Shown here: one piece after another, positions 27,274 to 40,229 of the stretch
Position numbering within the stretch: the first letter of the stretch is position 1
How the letters are laid out: the number at the start of each line of letters is the position of its first letter
NCBI GenBank assembly: GCA_964016885.1
Contig: OZ024743.1
Location: 368,776,001 to 368,840,000, forward strand
Length of the DNA stretch: 64,000 bases
Source: Eledone cirrhosa
Lineage: Eukaryota
Direction of reading: 5' to 3'
The notes under the pieces: model-generated
Seen by the model: the letters and a program-made list of their open reading frames with translations, nothing else
The model's database searches: none
Told to the model about the DNA's origin: nothing
Made by a program: the position numbers and the translations under genes

Positions 27274-27954
27274 TACTAATCAATACTTTGAAGTTCTGTT
27301 TTATTCCCAAGCCTGTCATGTTCTGCCTTTATTTCAATATCATATTTATAATTTTATTGTCATATTTTATAAAACTTATTATAATTATAATTTAGTGTCT
27401 TGTTTATTATGATTTCAACCTAGATCACTATAGTATTTGATATAATTGATACATTATAAGTTTTATTATCAGAACTGAGTTGGCCTAGCCAGTTTGTAAT
27501 ACTGAATGGAGTCTATTCCTTAATTTAAATATAAAAGACTGATATCCAATATGTCCTGATCAAATGTAGTCATGTAATGAACAGTTTTTAACTCCAAACA
27601 TAATATTGATTTCTTGTTTGGATATATTGGCATACTTATTGCAAACAGAAAATGAGATGGTGTGACATTCATGATTTTCTCATGGGTATTCATTGTGAAA
27701 ATGAATTGAAATAGCTTTAAATAAGAACAAAAACTTTCAGACTCAGATGTTTGAGAGTATTTTCTCTTTTATCATATCTCTTTTATCATGTTCTTTATAA
27801 TGAATGTTTTTTTAGACATTTATTGGTGGATCTCTGCCACTTGCAACGAAGAGTTTTCCAGTTGTTTGATCATGAATTTTACTGTATTGCTGAACATTCC
27901 ACAGATATTTGTATGCTTAACATAATTCTCAGAGAGATCCAGCATGACAGAGTG

Positions 27955-28160
27955 TGTGGCAAGGCTGGTTTTTCCAGATACATTTCATTTGACAGGCATC
28001 CAAACAATTTTTGCCTACCCAATTTACTCACAAGGCAATGGGTCAACCCAAGGCTATGGCAAATGAGACTTGCTCAAAACGCTACACAGTAGGATCAAAC
28101 TCAAGAACTAATGATTGCAAAGCAAACATCTTACATCTTCTGCCATGCTGCCTCGACTAG
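27955..28160 (-). mobile_element. Decayed second SINE family (CORE-like)
   Basis: Minus strand reads gagcaagtctc..ccatagccttgggttgaccc..gccttgtgagtaaatt, with a B-box-like gagtttgatcc. Confidence 0.5.
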
Positions 28161-28409
28161 CCATTTACAGGGACAAGGTACAGGGACATTTTTTGAAATA
28201 GTAGATTGAATAAGTCACATAATATTACTGGTACTTATTTTATTGCTCCTGGATAGATGGTAGACTCAGTTGATCCAGATGGATTAAAATGTGCAGAAAA
28301 CAAAAATAACACTAAAGTTACTATGCTACAAATTTTTCAGGGGGTGAGTCAATGGTAATTGTAATGTTTATCCTTAACTCAAAACAATTAGTTAATTTTT
28401 TCATGACTA

Positions 28410-28840
28410 TATATCTACACTAGTCATGTATTTCAATTAATTTGGAAAATGAACAAGAATTTGGAGGGATTTAGTAAAATAATTTTGTCATTATTGTGTC
28501 GGTATGGATTGGCAGAATCATTAGAGTGTTTGCATCATTTAGTTACAGCTCTTTATATTCTGAGTTCAAATCCCTCCAAGGTCAATTTTGCCTGTCATCT
28601 TTCTGGGGGCTGGTAAAATAAAGTACCAATCAATTTATGGGGTTGATATAATTGATTTTTCCCTCTTCACAAGTTGCTAGTCTTATGTGTAAATCAAAAA
28701 CCATTATTAAGCTGGTGGAACATTACTTAACAAGGGTTTATTACATAAATTATGATGGAAGGTTTAAATGAACCCTTTAAAATAGGCAATATTGTATCAT
28801 AGAAAAAGAGACAGTCCCAGGTAAACTAGTATTAAAATGC
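28410..28840 (+). mobile_element. piggyBac-type MITE remnant interrupted by a diverged SINE (about 28500-28710)
   Basis: Flanks are homologous to 42300-42545. The insert carries gagttcaaatcc and aaagtacca. Confidence 0.5.
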
Positions 28841-28989
28841 TTGCATTAAGAGGATAGGTTTCAAATGGAATTGAAACCACAATCCAAATTCAATTTATAA
28901 AAACTTCTACAAATCTTGCCTTTTAAATAGAATAAGGTTAACTTATTTCTTTAATAGGTCTTCTTTCTTCTTTTTGTATAAATCAGCAA

Positions 28990-29460
28990 TCATGTGGTAT
29001 CCCCCAGGGGCTTCAACCAACTCACGGTAGTGGTATTAGGGTGCATAAAGTCCACATTCTCAGATGGGTGGGGATTTGGGCATTCATTCCATTTGTGTTC
29101 TGCAGCCTGCTCTGGTGAGTCACACTGGCAAGCTGTTGATGGCAGCAACTCTCAGTAGTGCATGATTACATTGAATTGGCTGACACTTGTTAGAAATGAT
29201 TCAGGCACACCCACTATCTCCAAGAGAGGTTAGCACTGATAGGAGGGCTGTACTGGAGTTGACATTCAGTTGGGCGGGTCAAGATATCTGTTGCCAGCTA
29301 GCTCTTCATGTCTGAAGTATGTTGCAACTTCAGTTGTGCAACTTTGCTGCATGACGAGATAAAGGGCAGCAGGTATCAGGCACTGTTGGTCTAGTAGCTG
29401 GGAATCCTCAGCCATGTCATGGAATGGATGACTTGGGTCTATCAACCACAGCCTCAGAGG
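28990..29460 (-). mobile_element. I/ingi-group LINE 3' fragment
   Basis: IDPSHPFH followed by the CCHC knuckle CQCDSPEQAAEHKWNECP. Confidence 0.55.
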
Positions 29461-30189
29461 CAAATTTTTAATAGGTGAGTCAGAGGAGGATGTGAAGGCT
29501 CGTGGGATTTATAGGCCTTCATACACTAGTAAAATTGATGAGGTTAAGTCAATGACCAACAATCTTCTGAGTGCTGATGCCACAAAAAATACACCAAGTA
29601 AACCTTGTAAAATGGTTGATGATAGAATGAGCAGCCAACCATAGAACACTTGCCAATCAAAGTCTTTGGGCGGGGTTGGATTGGGGGTGGACTCTTCAGT
29701 TATGTCAAATACATGGCAACCTCCTTAGTGTTAGTGCAATGATATCTCAGTGTAAAGATAACACGCTCACACAATATTCAAGAGATACTGGGTTCAATTC
29801 CTCGTAGACACCTCTGGCTACTTTTTTTGTATCTCTTGCAGTAATTTATGTGATTTTCTCAGCTATTATCTACAGAGATCATCTGTTATTACAATTAGTT
29901 TCTGTGTTTGGGATTCTCACTTTCCCCAATTTTCAGATTACAAACACCCAGTGGTTTGATAATTCATACATATATATATATGTATGTGTGTGTGAGTGTG
30001 TGTGTGTATGTGTGTGTGTATGTGTGTGTGTGCACGCATGTGTGTATTACATATATATACATATACATACATATACACATATTTAATATAAACACCTCAA
30101 CACACGCGTATCCTCATTCAAAAAACACATCGACATATGTAGAAACATCAACCTACGTATTACCGTCACCATTAAAGCCAGTAATAGAA

Positions 30190-30570
30190 ATGTGGACAAC
30201 TTAAGAATTTAGGAAGCCTTGCTCATACGTTGACTCAACCCACAAATAAATAATAGATTAGAACTCGGCACACAGTACTTGACATAAAAAGACACACCCA
30301 CAGGCACACAAACTAAATATCTCATACAAAAAAGAAATACTATATTGGTAATTGACGTCATTCATGTGGAAAGCAAAATAACCATTGAAAAACGCTTGAA
30401 AAATACTTTGAAAAAATTTTAATCAAAGTCAAAATTTTATCACAAAGAGAGGTTCCTTAAACCCTGATGAAGGGACTTTTAGGTCCCGAAATATTGGACA
30501 GATAAAAGAACAAGAACAACAACAAAACAAAGATTACCAGGTAACTTTTACTTTTCGTTACCTCATCTTA
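30190..30570 (+). mobile_element. Penelope-like element 3' end
   Basis: LRI*EALLIR*LNPQIN (GIY-YIG C-terminal E..I...P..N) followed by a hammerhead-bearing 3' region. Confidence 0.7.
30462..30497 (+). ncRNA. Minimal hammerhead ribozyme (PLE-type), stem I weak
   Basis: cc-CTGATGA-a-gggac-ttttag-gtccc-GAAA-t-ATT-gg: 5-bp stem II, palindromic ATAT stem III. Confidence 0.6.
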
Positions 30571-30889
30571 CAGTCCATTTTGCATTATTTGGTCTATCTC
30601 TTTCAACGTTATATAAATATATATATATATCAAATGTTAAACTAATATATATCATCATTGTACTGTATTGTTGTTCTCCTGTGTTGTTTTTCCTTGTTGA
30701 ATATGTATAAATGTGTATGTATGTATGTTCTGGTTTTATGATTTTATAAATTTTTTCCAGTAGAGAGAGAGAGTCGATTTCTAACATGGACACAAGACTC
30801 TTTCATTGGAATTTAGACATCATCAACTAGGTAGATATGAATGTATGTCTGCGTGTGTGTGTGTGTGTGTGCAGGTATGGATGTTATTG

Positions 30890-31032
30890 TATATGTGGAT
30901 GTGGATGTTCTATTAAATGATTTTACTTGTAATTTCCTAACTAGTTGTGTTATTTCTGGTTCTTTGAAGCCCAGCTTCTCAAGATTTGTGCTGAGGCAGT
31001 TACTAACATATCCCACTGCCCCAATAATCACA
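30890..31032 (-). mobile_element. R4/Dong LINE extreme 3' fragment
   Basis: IIGAVGYVSNCLSTNLEKLGF. Confidence 0.55.
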
Positions 31033-31087
31033 GGTATGTATGTATTTATGTATGTATGTTTGTATGTATATATGTATGTATGTATAT

Positions 31088-32147
31088 CAGTGCTACTTGA
31101 ATGTGCTCATCTAACTCATATGGGGATCAGACAGCATACCTTCAAGATGGACTGTTCACCTTTGACTGCATCGACTCTACTGCCATATGGAGATAATTGG
31201 AAATCAAACAAGTACCTCAGAAGATCATTGCACTCCTATACATGGCTTATGTTGGTTCAGCAAGCCTTGTCTGGATAAGAAATGACCTCTCCAAGGAATT
31301 CATCATCAGGACAGGCATTCGACAAGGAGATGTAGTCTCACCTTGATGTAGTGTTCAATATTATCATTAACATCATGCAGCGAATTTTCAAAGGACGAAG
31401 TGGTGTACAGTTTGATGCCAACAAATCCATGACCAACCTCATGTTTGCCGATGACAGTGCCATTTTCACCAACAACAGAGATCTTGCACAACATTGTCTG
31501 CTTCACTCGGTCTTATAGTCTCAGGATCAATGCGGAGGAGACAAAAGTTCTAACAGATGGCTCGTCGGCAATTGTGCATCTTGATGGCATTCAGATTGAG
31601 CAGGTTTGGGAGTTCAAATATCTTGGCTCACAGGTTGCAGAGAAGAAAGGGGCATCTATATTAGAGATCAACTGCCAAATCAGTCTGTGACTATCTCCAA
31701 ACAAGACCTGAACAAGCTCGAGGTCTTCCAAATGCAATGTTTTCATCAGATCCTTGGTGTCTCTGTACTGACTGAATCACAAACAACATCTGAGAACAAT
31801 GCCAGTTGCAGCCGACTATTAAAGACTAAATCCAGCAACACAGGCTACAGTTGTTTGGTCACATTGGCAGGATGAACACCGGAAGACTACCACACCAACT
31901 TTTGTCATGACAGCAACCCATGCCCTGGAGAATCCAGTACAGCACACCAAAGAAGACATGAGCAAAACAAATTGAGGAGGACCTGAAATTTCAGCACTTC
32001 AACCTCAACCATCTTAAGATCAACGCTATGGGTAGAAAAGTGTGGAAGAACATAATTATCAGAGTCTATCATCCAGCAGCACCCACGTCAGCATATTGAT
32101 TGAGAGGACAGCCTCCCCCAATCGCCAGCTAGGGATAAAAGAAGATG
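31088..32147 (+). mobile_element. RTE LINE RT and C-terminus, decayed
   Basis: GIRQGDVVSP, LMFADD, INAEETK, EFKYLGS, LEVFQMQC, FGHI.RM. Confidence 0.8.
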
Positions 32148-32279
32148 TAAGTATGCATGTATGTATGTATGTAGGTAGGTATGTGTGTTTGTATGTATAT
32201 GTGTATGTATGTATGTATGTGAGTGTGTAGCTATGTATATGTGTATGTATGTATGTTATAAAATATTGATATATAATAA

Positions 32280-32392
32280 AATAATTGTTTCTACTTTTGG
32301 CACAAGGCCAGCAATTACCCAGTACATTACTGGTACTTTATTTTATCGACCCTGTAAGGATGAAAGGCAAAGTTAACCTTGGCAGGATTTAA
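32280..32392 (-). mobile_element. SINE 3' half
   Basis: Reverse complement of the SINE core and tail. Confidence 0.85.
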
Positions 32393-32429
32393 ATAATATA
32401 CAATATGTATAGAAATAAGGAGGTAAATG

Positions 32430-32960
32430 AAATAAAGTGAATTTAAAAAAACATCTCTTAATATAGGAATTGACCCCAGAAACCTAGAAAGTCTCGTAGT
32501 GGATTATTCTACCTGGCATTCAAAAATATGGGATGGTGTGAAAATATTTGAGCAAAACAGCCTAACAAAATAAGAGAAAATAAGAAAAAAGAGCCAGTAA
32601 TGGCATATGAAATTAATAGAGCTATTTCTACTTATACAGTTTATGGCAGAATCTGCCAGTCAAAGACTAGACTTCAATCTCACTTAAGAGCACACAATAG
32701 AGCACTCTCTACTGACTATAGAATATACAAACCTGTTCACCCTTATCAATGGCACATATGCCACAAGATCAGCAAATCTCAAGTAGGTATAAGAGACATT
32801 TCAAAGTTCATCAAGATACACAGGTAGTCCATGCTGCACCAAAGCTGATATGGAATTTATGTGGATGGCTTTTTAAAAGTATGTGTGGTCTAAAGAGCCA
32901 CATAAGATCTCATGCCAGAACTGAGCATCATGTACACTGGAGTGGTCAAGCTTTATATTG
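32430..32960 (+). mobile_element. RTE (BovB-like) C-terminus with three degenerate C2H2 fingers
   Basis: LKK.L..GIDP..W..FE followed by GRICQSKTRLQSHLRAH, HICHKISKS..RHFKVH and NLCGWLFKSMCGLKSHIRSH. Confidence 0.65.
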
Positions 32961-33069
32961 AGCAGACAACCGATATATATGTTTGTATGTTCTCTCTTTC
33001 TCTTAATTTCGAGTATATTTTTGACCGGCCACCTTCCTGGTGGCAAGGTTGTAAAAGAAAAGAAATTGT

Positions 33070-33528
33070 CATCCTTGAATCGCAAGAATGTTTTGCAAAT
33101 TTTGAAGGTACCAGCTATCGCAGCCATTTGTAGACTGTGAATTAGGGAGCTGCGCTCTTCGTCCGCAAATTCAACTTCAGTTATACATTGGTCCAAGCGG
33201 GTTGGTATATAACCCGTAGCTCCAATAATGATGGGTATGAAGCTAAAGGTGTATCTTGGATTTGTAAACTCTTCATCAATGGTCTGTAGATGTCCTCCTT
33301 CTCTTGTATTTTTCTGACAACGTTTACATCAAGTGGGCAGCTGATCTCCACAACAGAACACGTTTTCAATGTGTGGTCCCAAACAACAATATCAAGCCAG
33401 TTGTGCTTTAATTTGGTGGCAGTTTTTATTTTCAGGTTCCACCAGTATTCCTTAGTGCCATCTGTCTCAATATATTCTTCCTCGTTTGTTTTTAATTTTG
33501 TTTTCCGAAGTGCATTCCAGATGGTTCT
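33070..33528 (-). mobile_element. R4/Dong LINE restriction-like endonuclease fragment
   Basis: EYWWN..IKT..KHNWLDIVVWD...VVEISCPLD..KIQEKEDIY. Confidence 0.75.
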
Positions 33529-33610
33529 ATGTATGTATGTATGTATGTATGTATGTATGTATGTATGTATGTATGTATGTATGTATGTATGTATGTATGT
33601 ATGTATGTAT
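33529..33610. repeat. (TATG)n microsatellite
   Basis: Direct reading. Confidence 0.95.
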
Positions 33611-33631
33611 CTGCATGTATCTATGTGTATG

Positions 33632-33908
33632 TCAGGTCACCAGTTGGTGCTACTGGTAACATGTATCCCAGTACAAACTGTCTCATGGTCGGGTCGTTGG
33701 CGACTAAACTGGCAACCCCATCAAGGTTTCTTGGTGAGGAGGGTGACTTTGGACATCCTGCAGGACTAAAAACAAAACCTGTCAAAGGGCAAAGGAGCTC
33801 TTAAGAGTCAATGGCCATCCAAAATCACCGGGAGAGATGACCCCTTAGCCTTTGTCAAGGCAGAATTCTAGGAGAAGGAAAACTCTGAAATAACACCTGC
33901 AACTCTGA
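33632..33908 (+). mobile_element. Dispersed repeat, probably an RTE 5'UTR
   Basis: Homologous to 36361-36645 (ctaaactggcaacccc; aggagaaggaaaactctga). Confidence 0.55.
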
Positions 33909-34344
33909 TGGTATCCAATGATGTTGACTTGTTCTTCTTTTTGGTAAATATCATCTTGGTTAAGAGAGTGGGACTGGCTTTGTGCAGTGCCTTTGCTCAC
34001 TATAAAAGCTTCACAGCACAGGCATTTCTTTATATCTGGAGATCTCTCTGCACTTGTCATCACAAGGTACCATGGGCCCAGCATTATGTGTCAATAATTG
34101 TCACAAGTGTAGTGTTTGTACCAGAGTTTTCAAGTCGCTGGCTGGACTAAAAAGTCACACTTGTTCAGCGCATCAGTAGGGGTTCTCCTACATGGATATA
34201 AAGTAGTGGCCGTACTCGAAAACGAGTTGGCAGCCACCATGTATCTGTGTATGTATATTAATATGTATCTATGTATGTATGTATATATGTATGTATGTAT
34301 GTATCTATGTATGTATATATGTATGTATCTATGTATGTATGTTG

Positions 34345-36322
34345 CTTGAACTCTGCTCAGAACTCAACTTAACCATCTGCAACACTCTTTTTCCATCAGA
34401 AGCTCAAATATAAAGCTACTAGGTATCATCCAAAATCAAGCATGGACACATGGTTGATTTCATCATCACTCATTAACACGATCTAAGTGATGTGTATACA
34501 GTGCGTATGTTGTGTAGTGTAGAATGTGGCACTGACCACAAATTAGTGCGAGGAAAGTTCAAGATTAGTATCCGCCAAAGAATTTGTATGAGTGGAGTGA
34601 AAGCACCGAAACGCATTGATGTCATCAAACTGAGGCAAGCAGATGTGTGTGCAACACTAACTGAAAAACTTGATGGTCTTGATTTTGATGGAACCTGGGA
34701 AAACTTTAGAGATCAAGTTTACTCAATGGGAGCTGAGGTACTTGGCTTCAGAACCAAGAAACACCAGGACTGGTTTGATGACAACAATCCTAATATCAAT
34801 CAGCTACTGAAAACCAAGCACACTCTCTATGAAACTCTCCTGAATCAGAATCCTGTAGTGCAACCAAAAGGAAAGCCTATAAAGATCACAAGGCAAAACT
34901 GCAATGTGAACTGCGCAGGATGAAAAATGAGTGGTGGAATAGTATCTCTTCTGAAATCCAAAAGGCTTTTAACACTAAAGATTCAAAGCTATTTTACTCA
35001 TTGATACGCCAAGTCATCAGCCCACCAACATCCTCTGTAACTCTTCTGAGATCTAAAAACGATGCCAATATCATAATCAAAGAGCCATAAAAAATCCTTC
35101 AGCGTTGGGAGGAGCATTTTATTGACCTGTTTGACAACCCATCAGCAGTCAATTTTGAGGTGATAGAGGGCCTTCCTCAATGTGAAACAGTCCACTATAT
35201 TGATCAGCCTCCCTCTGCTGGCAGTCAAGCAGGTTAACTCTGGCAAGGCACCTGGTCCAGATGGTATCCCAGTCGAGCTGCTGAAACTCGTTAGTGGTAA
35301 TGTAACAGAAGCAATAAACAACTTCATCACTGATTGCTGGAATGGGACCCCGGTTCCGCAAGACTGGATCAATGGTATTTTGTTATCATTATACAAAGAC
35401 AAAGGTGAAAAATCGATATGTGGAAACTACCTTGGCATCACTTTGTTGGAAGCTGTTGGCTAGGTTCTCACAAGATTTTGGCTCAACAGACTGGCGGAGG
35501 ATATCTGTCCTACAGCTATCCCAGAATCACAGAGTGGTTTTAGAGAAGGAAGGATAACAGTTGACATGATTTCCTCTGTAAGACAAATACAAGAAAAATG
35601 CACTGAGCAGTGTGTCCCTCCAGATCAAGTCTTTATCGACCTAACGAAGGCTTTTGACATAGTTAACAAAGATGCACTCCGGATAATACTTGGAAAAGTG
35701 GGATGTAAACCCAAGTTTGTATGTATGCTAAAGCAGCTACACAGAAATATGAAAGCTCGTGTCACCTTCAATGGCCAACTATCTGGGGGTATCCAAATTG
35801 ACAACAGAGTAAAGCAAGGTGATATTCCTGCTCCTACACTTTTATCCATCTTCTTTGCTGCCTTGCTCACACATGCTTTCCATGATTGTGACAGAGGTAT
35901 TCTTTTATGGTTCAGGGCTGCGCTCACAGTCTTGAAGTCACCAGTAGTTGGACATGCAATTTCTGTCAGCGTGTACTCCTCTCAAAGGCTGGTTATGTTA
36001 ATCACCTGAAGCCACATGAAAGAACAACTACCCACAACATCATTCAATAAAGACCTGGTGAAACAACGTGCGTGATATGCAACAAAGTGTGTAGAGCTAG
36101 TTCCGGACTAAAAAAATACATGGTAGTACATAAAGATTATGTCCCACAGGGTGACCCCACCAGTCCTGTGCAAAGCACAACTCTCTTCTGTGACCTGTGT
36201 CATAAACTGTGCAGATCTACAGCTGGCCTACAAAGTCATCTATGAAGTCATGGCGGCAGATGGGATGATAACGAAGAATCAATAAGAGACAGCAATTGTC
36301 TGTGAAGACGCTGCAATCCCCA
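34345..36322 (+). mobile_element. RTE (BovB-like) LINE: APE end, RT, C-terminal zinc finger
   Basis: CGTDHKLV, KHQDWFD, KAPGPDGIP, FIDLTKAFD, VKQGDIPAP, CDLCHKLC. Confidence 0.88.
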
Positions 36323-36360
36323 TGCATGTATGTACATATGTATGTATGCATGCATGTATC

Positions 36361-36645
36361 TCAGGTCGCTCTCGATTGCTATTGGTAACATGTAACCTAG
36401 TACAACCTGTCTCATGATCGGGTCATTGGCAACTAAACTGGCAACCCCACCAAGCTAGCTTGGGGAGGAAGGTGATATTTGGACACCCTGTGGAATGAAA
36501 TACAAGACCCAGCAAAGGGCGAAGGAACTCAGCAGAGTCAAATTCCATCCAAATAGTAGTTTTTTTGTTTTTTTGTTTTTTTTCACAACACCTTTCTAGG
36601 AGAAGGAAACTCTGAAAAAATACCTGCAGCTTCGGAAGCATCTGA
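36361..36645 (+). mobile_element. Second copy of the 33632 repeat
   Basis: Colinear similarity. Also preceded by a TATG-type run. Confidence 0.55.
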
Positions 36646-37356
36646 TGATGTTGACCAGTTCTCCTTTTTGGGTAGTGTTTTCGATGCTTAGTCGAGTGCA
36701 AGGCCTTTCTCCACTTAAAAAAACCTTCAAAGCACAGGCATTGTTTGTTCAGGATATGTTACAGGTTCGTGTGGCTGGCCGTAGCCTAAAAGTGCACCAA
36801 ACTCTATAATCTGACAAATGATTGCAGTACTCTTAGCAGAATTTGCAACCATCATGTATGTATGTATGTATATATGTATATATGAATGTATGTATGCATG
36901 TATGTCTGTATGCTTGTATGTGTGCATGTATGTATGTCTGAGTGCATGCAAAATATATAATCTATTCCAGACAGTTAAATTTTAATGTATGACCTGTCTT
37001 GAGGATATAAAATTGTTAAATAATATATTTACTCACACACACACATACCCTCTCTCTCTCTCACACACACACACGTTCTCTCTCATACACACATACATGT
37101 ATGTACACGTGAAACAGAGTGTATAAGAAGAAGGTATTGAAGGAGTAAAGGTTGATGGTGAGAATGTCTGAACTATAGTTGAAACCCTGGAGAAATTCTA
37201 ATAAAACGACATTTGTGATAACCAGACTTAATATTAGGCTTTAATCTTTATCTCCAGGCCATTTATTTGGTTACAAAAACTTATTTTTGCTTTTGTTACC
37301 ATAGCCACTGTCAGTAGAGCTTACTTGCTAGCTATTATTATTATTAAGGGTTGAAG

Positions 37357-37588
37357 GGCGGTAGATTGACAGTATCAGTAGAACGTCAGACAATATGCTT
37401 TGTGGCATAGAGTTACGGTCCTTTACTGTCTGAGTTCAAATCCCGCCGAGGTTAGCTTTGCCTTTCATCTTTTCAGGGTCAATAATATAAAGTACCAGTA
37501 ATGCACTTGGGTCAATTTAATTGACTTTCCCGTCTCTCCAAAATTGCTGGCCTTGTGCCTAAGTTAGAAATAGTAATAATTATTATTG
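37357..37588 (+). mobile_element. tRNA-derived SINE, long variant
   Basis: Has the extra gggtcaatttaattgactttccc segment. Confidence 0.85.
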
Positions 37589-39295
37589 CTGTTTCTTCGT
37601 TCAGCTTCTAAGGCTGGAGATATATTACAGTGTTAGTTGTCCACTACCAGTAAACTGTGTTAACACCTCTTATTTTCAAGTACCCTCCTGAGTATTTGAG
37701 CTGTCCCAAGTAATGCTGTTTTTTGTAATAAGTGTTCCATCCGTATTGCAATCCTTATTTGTTAATGTACTTCTCAAGATCTTTACTCACTGTTCCTAAG
37801 ATTCCAACTTTCATTAGTATTACCCCCACCTTTTTCAGTGACCACTACTGCTCAACCTCCCGAGCTAACCTATCATATCTATCAATTTTTTTTCCTTCTT
37901 TATCACATACCTTGTTATCAGCTGGACAGTCTGTATCTACAATCAAACACTGTTTGCTTTCTTTCTCAATTAATACAATCTCTGGTCTCCTATGTTCAAT
38001 CTCATGGTCACTCAGTATCACAAGTTCCACAAGATCTTTGCATCAGGGTTATGTTCATACCACTTTTCTACTCTTTCAAGTGCATATTTGCCACAACGTG
38101 TCCAATAGACTATACTTGCTATGCTGTGATGTCTCTTATATTCTTCCTGGGTTAGTGGTGGGCATTGACTGGTAATATGTCATACAGTTTCTCCATTCAT
38201 GCCACAAATTCTACACTCATCACTTTTTCCTGTGTGGTCTACTCTATGCTTGATGTAGTTAGTTCTTAGTGCTTGTTCTTGGGTAGCAGAGATTAAGGCT
38301 TCTGTTTCTGGTTTTAGATCACTTTTAGCCATCTATAACAACCTTTTTTCTCTGTCTGTCTTATCTTCAACATCTCTATGGAATTGTGCATACATTCTTT
38401 TTTCTGTCCATTTACTCTCAGTTTCATCCATCTTCAAATGCTGTACTGTGTTTTTTTCTTTGCACTCTTCTACTTTTCACAGCCTTGACCTTACTTTCAG
38501 CAACAGCGGTTCTGTGGAATTTTTTATGTACCACACCATGTTATTTTCTTCTGTTCTAATGCTGTTTTCACACCCCATCAGTCCTCTTCCTTCTCTTTTT
38601 CTTGGTACATATAATCTTTCTGTGTCACTCTTTGGGTGAAATACCCCATATCTAGTCAATGTTTTTCTTGTCTTTCAGTCTAAACTGTTTAGCTCTTCCA
38701 CTTTCCGTGTGATCACCCCACCCATATCTAAAGAGTGATATCACCCATGTATTGATAGCTTCCATTTTATTCCGTCCATTTAGTTTCAACTTGAGAATAA
38801 GTCTCAGTGTGTGCATGTATTCCACCCTAAATGTTTCTTTCATTTCCTCCTACATTATCTTAACTTCCAATATCCAATATCCCTAACTACTTCTATTTGC
38901 TTCATAACCTTTCCTGGTGGCAGCAGCAACACCTCAATGCTTTTAATTTTGCCTCTGTTCAAGATTAATCACCACACTTTTTTAATCCAAACACCCTTCT
39001 TATATCAGCACTAAATGTATACATCGTATCAATGAGGGAATGGAGCCAGGATTCATTCTTACCATAAAGCTTGAGGTCATCCAATAAGTGGTTGACTTTT
39101 TGCTGGTGACCTTTGAATTCATACCAAGCCTTAGCTTTTCTCAAAATCATTGTCAGTGTTATCATGCACAGTACAAACATCAGTGGTGACAGGCTGTCTC
39201 CTTGGAATATAGATCTCTTGATTTCTATTGTTCCTAAATTTCTTCCATATGCTGTCAGTTCAGTCTTCCACTCTTTCATACTTTTTCTTAAGAAT
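37589..39295 (-). mobile_element. R4/Dong LINE 3' half (RT and REL)
   Basis: IFQGDSLSPLMF, DDLKLY, FGLKKC, RLYVPRKREGRGL, IEHRRPEIV..CLIVD. Confidence 0.88.
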
Positions 39296-39554
39296 CGCTA
39301 CTGTCTGTCAAGTCACAACAGGGGCCTTAGACAGATAGTACTTTTCTGAGTATATGAACATTGTTTAACGGGGCAATCTTTTGTAAGAGAGCAATTTGTG
39401 ATTCAAGGTCTATTTGCTCAAGATTTTAGTGGTATCAAGCCCAAAACTCCTATCTTGATGCTGTTAGGTAGTTTTGACTACATTCAAGTAATTTAAATCC
39501 CCAAGTCATGTATTTCGTGCATAACTGTGATATCAGATCTGTTGTGTTCAAACC

Positions 39555-39862
39555 TGCAGTCTATGGGGTTCCTCCAAAAGGTCTTTGGAGTAATGTTACT
39601 CAATAGAGTGTGTAGCTCAGAGATCAGAGGGTCGCTCCAGATAGAACCACTACTTCTCCGAATTGGAGATCACAGCTCTGATACTATGGGCATGTAGTAA
39701 AAATGTTTCAGTAAGATGGTTGGATAACATCCATGAGCTTGTCTGGTCTCACTTGGGGTTCCAGCCAGATCAATTGAAGACAGTTGCTTCTGACAGGACC
39801 TGCTGGAGGACCTACTTCAGTGCCCAACAATCCTCCCAGGAATAAGTAAGCAAAGAAGAAGT
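39555..39862 (+). mobile_element. RTE 3' end, third copy of the 3470 family
   Basis: gatagagtgtgtagctcagaga-type match to 3470-3830. Confidence 0.75.
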
Positions 39863-39967
39863 TTGAGGTCATCAACCTTTATTTAAATAATTTGTATGTT
39901 TTGTCTTAGTTTTGATTTTTGTTATCTGCTTCCAGCAATGGTTTAGAATGAATTTCACTAATTCAGA

Positions 39968-39968
<1 letters not shown>

Positions 39969-40033
<65 letters not shown>
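39969..40033. repeat. (TAG)n microsatellite
   Basis: Direct reading. Confidence 0.95.
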
Positions 40034-40034
<1 letters not shown>

Positions 40035-40229
40035 TTTGACAACAGAATTCTCTTTATTAATTGACAAGCAGCCTGTCAACTTTGAAGAGAAAATCTCAGT
40101 AATAGACATCATCATCATCATCATCACCATAATCATTGTCATAGTGAGCAAGTCTCAACATGGTCACTTGACCTACTAGATATAGCAGCCAAATTCTCCT
40201 TAAAACATAACTTATTGACTAAAGCAATG

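Noticed and set aside
29725-29810. tRNA gene
   Set aside because: Has a B-box-like gggttcaattcc but no complete cloverleaf. Probably a decayed SINE head.
33632-33720. HDV-like ribozyme in the probable RTE 5'UTR
   Set aside because: A P1-like GGTCGCC/GGCGACT pairing emerges only from combining the two copies. I could not place P3/L3, P1.1 and P2 in the required order.
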